A DNA stretch of 64,000 nucleotides, from NCBI GenBank assembly GCA_963798085.1, contig CAWCRS010000007.1, positions 864,001 through 928,000 of the forward strand. Direction: 5' to 3'. Numbering within the stretch: the stretch's first letter is position 1; every line of letters starts with the position of its first letter. This document shows, piece by piece, positions 60,288 to 64,000 of the stretch. Both the position numbers and the translations under genes were made by a program. Below the pieces are notes generated by a model, which was not told the origin of the DNA, did not search any database, and worked only from the letters and a program-made list of their open reading frames with translations. The DNA comes from an uncultured Gemmatimonadales bacterium (lineage in GTDB: Bacteria; Gemmatimonadota; Gemmatimonadetes; Longimicrobiales; RSA9).

Positions 60288-63200
60288 TCACCGGTTGAGT
60301 GTCAGTGTGAGGACGAGCGAGCGGGTCTGCGGATTGTTGAAGTAGTCAATGCCGCGACCAATGCTCTGACCCGTGAGATTGCTCTCCGGATCGATGCCCG
60401 AGTAATTGCTCCACGTGTGCAGGTTGCGACCCGCCACCGTCACATCCATCGAGTTGAAGCCGATGCGCTGGACGACAGGCAGATCGAACGTGTACGCCAG
60501 AGAGATGTCGCGCAGCTTGACGTAGCTGGCGTCCTCCACGAACTGCGAAGCAGGGCCGGTGAAGCCGCTGCCGATATTCGACGTGAACCAGTCCTCGTTG
60601 AACGCCACCTGCTTGCCCGCACCCGGACCGGCTACACTCTGACCCGAGTACGCGGCGTACGTCTCGGTCACACCCGCGCCATGGTAGGGCAGCGTGGATG
60701 CGTGCGTGCCGAAATAGGTGAGCGCGCCCTTCGTGCCGTTCCACATGTCCATGCCGTGCGCCACATCCACCAGGCCGGAAAGCGTGAGCTTGCCGAACAG
60801 GGTGATGGTGTTGCGCAGACTGGCGGTCCACTGCGGATTGGGATCGCCGATCACCCGCGCCTGCGGATCCAGCTGCGGATAGCCATCGGCACCCACGTAG
60901 ATCGTGCCCGGCGAGGCAGTGGCGGTGCCGTCGATCGCCTGGCCCGTGTTCTGGTCCACACTGCCGCGGCCGTAGCGGATGAAGTCACTGCCGAACAGCA
61001 CGCCGAAAGGATGACAGCCTGTCTGCGGATCCGGCGCCACCAGCTCCGCGGCCGGATCCGTGAACCCGTTCAGGAACAGGTTCTCCGCCCCAGCAATATC
61101 GGTGACGCAGCTGCGCTCGCGTGTCCACTGCGCCGAGATGTTCCACGCGAGATTCGGCGAACGCACCGCATCGACATCGAGCTCCGTCTCCAGCCCGTGG
61201 TTCTTCCAGGCCGCAGCGTTCTGGTACTCGGAGAAGTAGCCCGTACTGGAGGGCACCGGCACCTGCAGGATCGCGTCCGTCGTATTGCGGTCGTAGTACG
61301 TGACGGAAACGCCGATGCGCTGGTCGAACAACCCGAGATCAGCGCCCGCTTCCCACTCCCGCTTCCGCTCCGGCTTGATCTGGTCGTTGCCCAGCGTAGG
61401 ATCCGTGAAGACGCCCTCCTTGCCCTGATACAGGCTGTACAGGCCGTTCGTCACCCAGCCATCCACGAACGAGCCGGTATTGAAGGCGGTCACATTGGAG
61501 AAGACCGGCGGCTGACGGCCGCTCACGCCCCAGGAGGCGCGCAGCTTGCCGAAGCTGAGACCGGGAATGTGCTCCAGCGCATGCAGGCGAGTGAAGGTCC
61601 ACGCCAGACCGACGCCCGGATAGAAGAAACGCCGCTGTGTACCGTTGCCGAACACGGATGAGCCGTCCCAGCGCGCCGTGCCGTCCAGCGTGAGCTGATC
61701 GCCCAGCGTAAGCTCGCCGGTGCCGAAGTAGCCGTCCGTGCGCACCCTGGAACGGAATTCGTTCCCGGTATTCGTAACACTGAAGTTAGTCTCGTCCGTG
61801 CCCTGCAGCACGGTCGTGCCGTTGACGCCGTTGCGGCGCAGATTCGTCTCGTTCAGGTTCTGACCCACCGTGAGGCTGCCCACCACGCCATTCATCACGT
61901 TGCCCGTGGCCGTGGCCGAGAGATCGCTGTCGAAGACGTTCTGGATGATGGTGTTGCGGCCAATGGCGCCGGACAGGTACGCATCCGATCCCTTGGGGAA
62001 CAGCTCCACACGGTCGTCGCTCGAGTAGTCGTTGCCGATGACATAGTTGAGCTTGAGCCAGCTCAGCGGCACGTACTCCAGCGCGATGTTGCCGAACGTG
62101 CGACCCACCTTCGATGTGGCCGGCTCCTGGAACGCCACCCAGAACGGATTGTCGTAACCGTGACCCTGCGTGAGCGACGTGGGGTCGGGATTGCGATAGG
62201 TGCGCTGGATGCCCGTCTGCGGATCGAGGTACGGCAGGTTGTTGAAGTCGGGCGGCGTGCGCAGCGCACCCAGCTGGATGCCGCTGATGTTGGAGCCCTG
62301 CTGCACGAACGTGCCGTCACTGCCCGTGTACGCGAAGTTGCCCGTGATCTGCAGATCATCGAACAGGAAATGCGAGGCCTTGAGCCGAACCGTCGTGCGG
62401 TCGTAGCCCTGCGGTCCCTTGATCACGCCGTTCATGCCCAGCCGGCTGCCCGACAGGTAGTACGTCGTGCGCTCGCTGCCGCCACTCATGCTGAGGTTGG
62501 TGTTCCACTGCGAGCCCGTCTGGTAGATCTCGTTGGCGTGATCGAACGTCTGGGTCCCCGTGCCCAGCTGCGGGCCCCAGGAAAAGCTGTTGCCCGACTT
62601 GAACACGCCCTCGTCGCCCTGGCCGAATGCACGCTGCAAAGGCACCGTGCTCGTCACGTCCGTCCAGCCGGCCGTGGTCGTCAGTGAGGCCCGCGTGGCG
62701 CCCGGCCTGCCCGATTTCGTGGTGATCAGAACTACGCCGTTCGCAGCGCGCGAGCCATAGATGGCCGTGGCCGCCGCGCCCTTCAGGATTTCCACCGACT
62801 CGATGTCGTTCGGATTCAGGTCGGCGGCACGGTTGGTGACTACCGTGCCCGCCGTCGCGCCGCCATTGCCGTTGTTGTCCGGCGCGTCCTGCAGGTCGGT
62901 GTTGATGCTGGAGTTCGTGATGGGTGTGCCATCCACCACGATGAGCGGCTGCGTGCCGCCCGTGATCGAGGCGGCGCCGCGGATACGGATGTACGAGCCC
63001 GCACCCGGATCACCGGCCGAGCTCGTGACCTCGACACCCGGCGCCTTGCCCGCCAGCGCCTGCACGACATTCTGCTCCTGGCTGCGCTGAATGTCTTCCG
63101 AGCGCACCGTGCTCACCGCGGATGCCAGCCGCTCGCGCGTGGTCGCCGTGCCCTGACCCGTCGCCACGATCTCACTCAGATGCAGCGGTTCCACCGCGAG

Positions 63201-63515
63201 TTTGAAGTCCTGCGTCACTTCCGTCACGCCCGGTGCCACCGTTGCTTCTACCGTCGCGTAACCCAGCTCTGTCGCTGCCAGCGTGAGCGTGCCCCGCGCA
63301 CGCGATGCCGGCAGCGTCATCTCGTAGTGGCCCTGCGGATCCGTTATCGTGCCCAGCAATGTGCCCTTCAGCGTCACACTCGCCGCCACCAGCGGCTTGC
63401 CCGCCTCATCGGTGACGTGACCACTGATGTGCACCGGCTCCTGAGCCTTCAGCGGCAGCGGAGCGAGACACAGCCCCGCCGCCGCCAGCGCCTTCAGTAC
63501 CTCCATGCATTTCAT
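60288..63515 (-). CDS. susC: SusC/RagA family TonB-dependent outer membrane transporter
   Basis: IRIRG...PLIVVDG and DLNPNDIESVEILKGAAATAIYGSRAANGVVLITTKSG; GGAGG RBS. Confidence 0.95.
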   Translation of the reverse strand: MKCMEVLKALAAAGLCLAPLPLKAQEPVHISGHVTDEAGKPLVAASVTLKGTLLGTITDPQGHYEMTLPASRARGTLTLAATELGYATVEATVAPGVTEVTQDFKLAVEPLHLSEIVATGQGTATTRERLASAVSTVRSEDIQRSQEQNVVQALAGKAPGVEVTSSAGDPGAGSYIRIRGAASITGGTQPLIVVDGTPITNSSINTDLQDAPDNNGNGGATAGTVVTNRAADLNPNDIESVEILKGAAATAIYGSRAANGVVLITTKSGRPGATRASLTTTAGWTDVTSTVPLQRAFGQGDEGVFKSGNSFSWGPQLGTGTQTFDHANEIYQTGSQWNTNLSMSGGSERTTYYLSGSRLGMNGVIKGPQGYDRTTVRLKASHFLFDDLQITGNFAYTGSDGTFVQQGSNISGIQLGALRTPPDFNNLPYLDPQTGIQRTYRNPDPTSLTQGHGYDNPFWVAFQEPATSKVGRTFGNIALEYVPLSWLKLNYVIGNDYSSDDRVELFPKGSDAYLSGAIGRNTIIQNVFDSDLSATATGNVMNGVVGSLTVGQNLNETNLRRNGVNGTTVLQGTDETNFSVTNTGNEFRSRVRTDGYFGTGELTLGDQLTLDGTARWDGSSVFGNGTQRRFFYPGVGLAWTFTRLHALEHIPGLSFGKLRASWGVSGRQPPVFSNVTAFNTGSFVDGWVTNGLYSLYQGKEGVFTDPTLGNDQIKPERKREWEAGADLGLFDQRIGVSVTYYDRNTTDAILQVPVPSSTGYFSEYQNAAAWKNHGLETELDVDAVRSPNLAWNISAQWTRERSCVTDIAGAENLFLNGFTDPAAELVAPDPQTGCHPFGVLFGSDFIRYGRGSVDQNTGQAIDGTATASPGTIYVGADGYPQLDPQARVIGDPNPQWTASLRNTITLFGKLTLSGLVDVAHGMDMWNGTKGALTYFGTHASTLPYHGAGVTETYAAYSGQSVAGPGAGKQVAFNEDWFTSNIGSGFTGPASQFVEDASYVKLRDISLAYTFDLPVVQRIGFNSMDVTVAGRNLHTWSNYSGIDPESNLTGQSIGRGIDYFNNPQTRSLVLTLTLNR

Positions 63516-64000
63516 GGTTTCGTCCTCCTGCCAAAGACCTTGCCTCGCCATCGCAGCGCATGCGCCCTGCGACCGCGAGGCAGCACTGCCTGCCTGCTGT
63601 GGTGTGTACCCAAACGGTGGGATGCGACCTTACATCCGCATTACAGAGTGACGTCCGCACACGCGTCGCGTGAAACACGCGTGTTAGGAAGGTTGCAGAA
63701 GCACGCCGCAGAACGGCGACACCCCCGCCATCAGGGAAGGCGCCACACGATGCGGCGACCTGGCATCACGCCGGGGGCCGCCGCGCGCCGGGTCGTGATG
63801 ACAGCAGTGTTCGCATGCAAACGGCGGTGTTAGGCGCGGACGCGACCGCCGCAGGACGACACGCGTGCAGCGCCAGACCCGCGCCACGGGCTCGCACACA
63901 CCGCGGCGCCCACGCGGGCCACGCTCCTCGCGCACCGCGCCGCCGTGCGCCCGCCGCTCGGGCGCGCGCGGCTCGCGCACGACGGCCGGGCGCCAGCTGG

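Overview
A high-GC, gene-dense bacterial chromosomal segment. The gene repertoire (SusC/SusD pair, 6-bladed beta-propeller lipoprotein, S8 lipoprotein with Ig-like repeats, GldA/F/G-like ABC) suggests Gemmatimonadota; this is inference only. Recognisable content, left to right: an actinobacterial-Sdh1-like succinate dehydrogenase operon with a heme-free-type anchor; a HEAT / GT2 / TPR-beta-barrel / aconitase-X cluster whose GT2 has lost most catalytic motifs; a tandemly duplicated pair of [GT-C-like membrane protein + Thr-type membrane sulfatase-like protein]; an S8 protease; a YfcC transporter; ECF sigma / anti-sigma / YbjQ; DUF72; a sodium:solute symporter; degP preceded by a candidate LPPP arrest-peptide uORF; mprF; a dipeptidase operon ending in an unannotated 29-aa membrane peptide; phoD; a complete V/A-type ATPase operon; two ABC systems; a PepSY + two-component locus; and susCD. 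About a dozen single-base indels split otherwise intact genes and look like long-read assembly errors. I found no rRNA, tRNA, CRISPR array, transposase or integrase. The best candidates for undescribed biology are the ~15 kb envelope-glycan locus (6893-21818) and the LPPP leader peptide upstream of degP.
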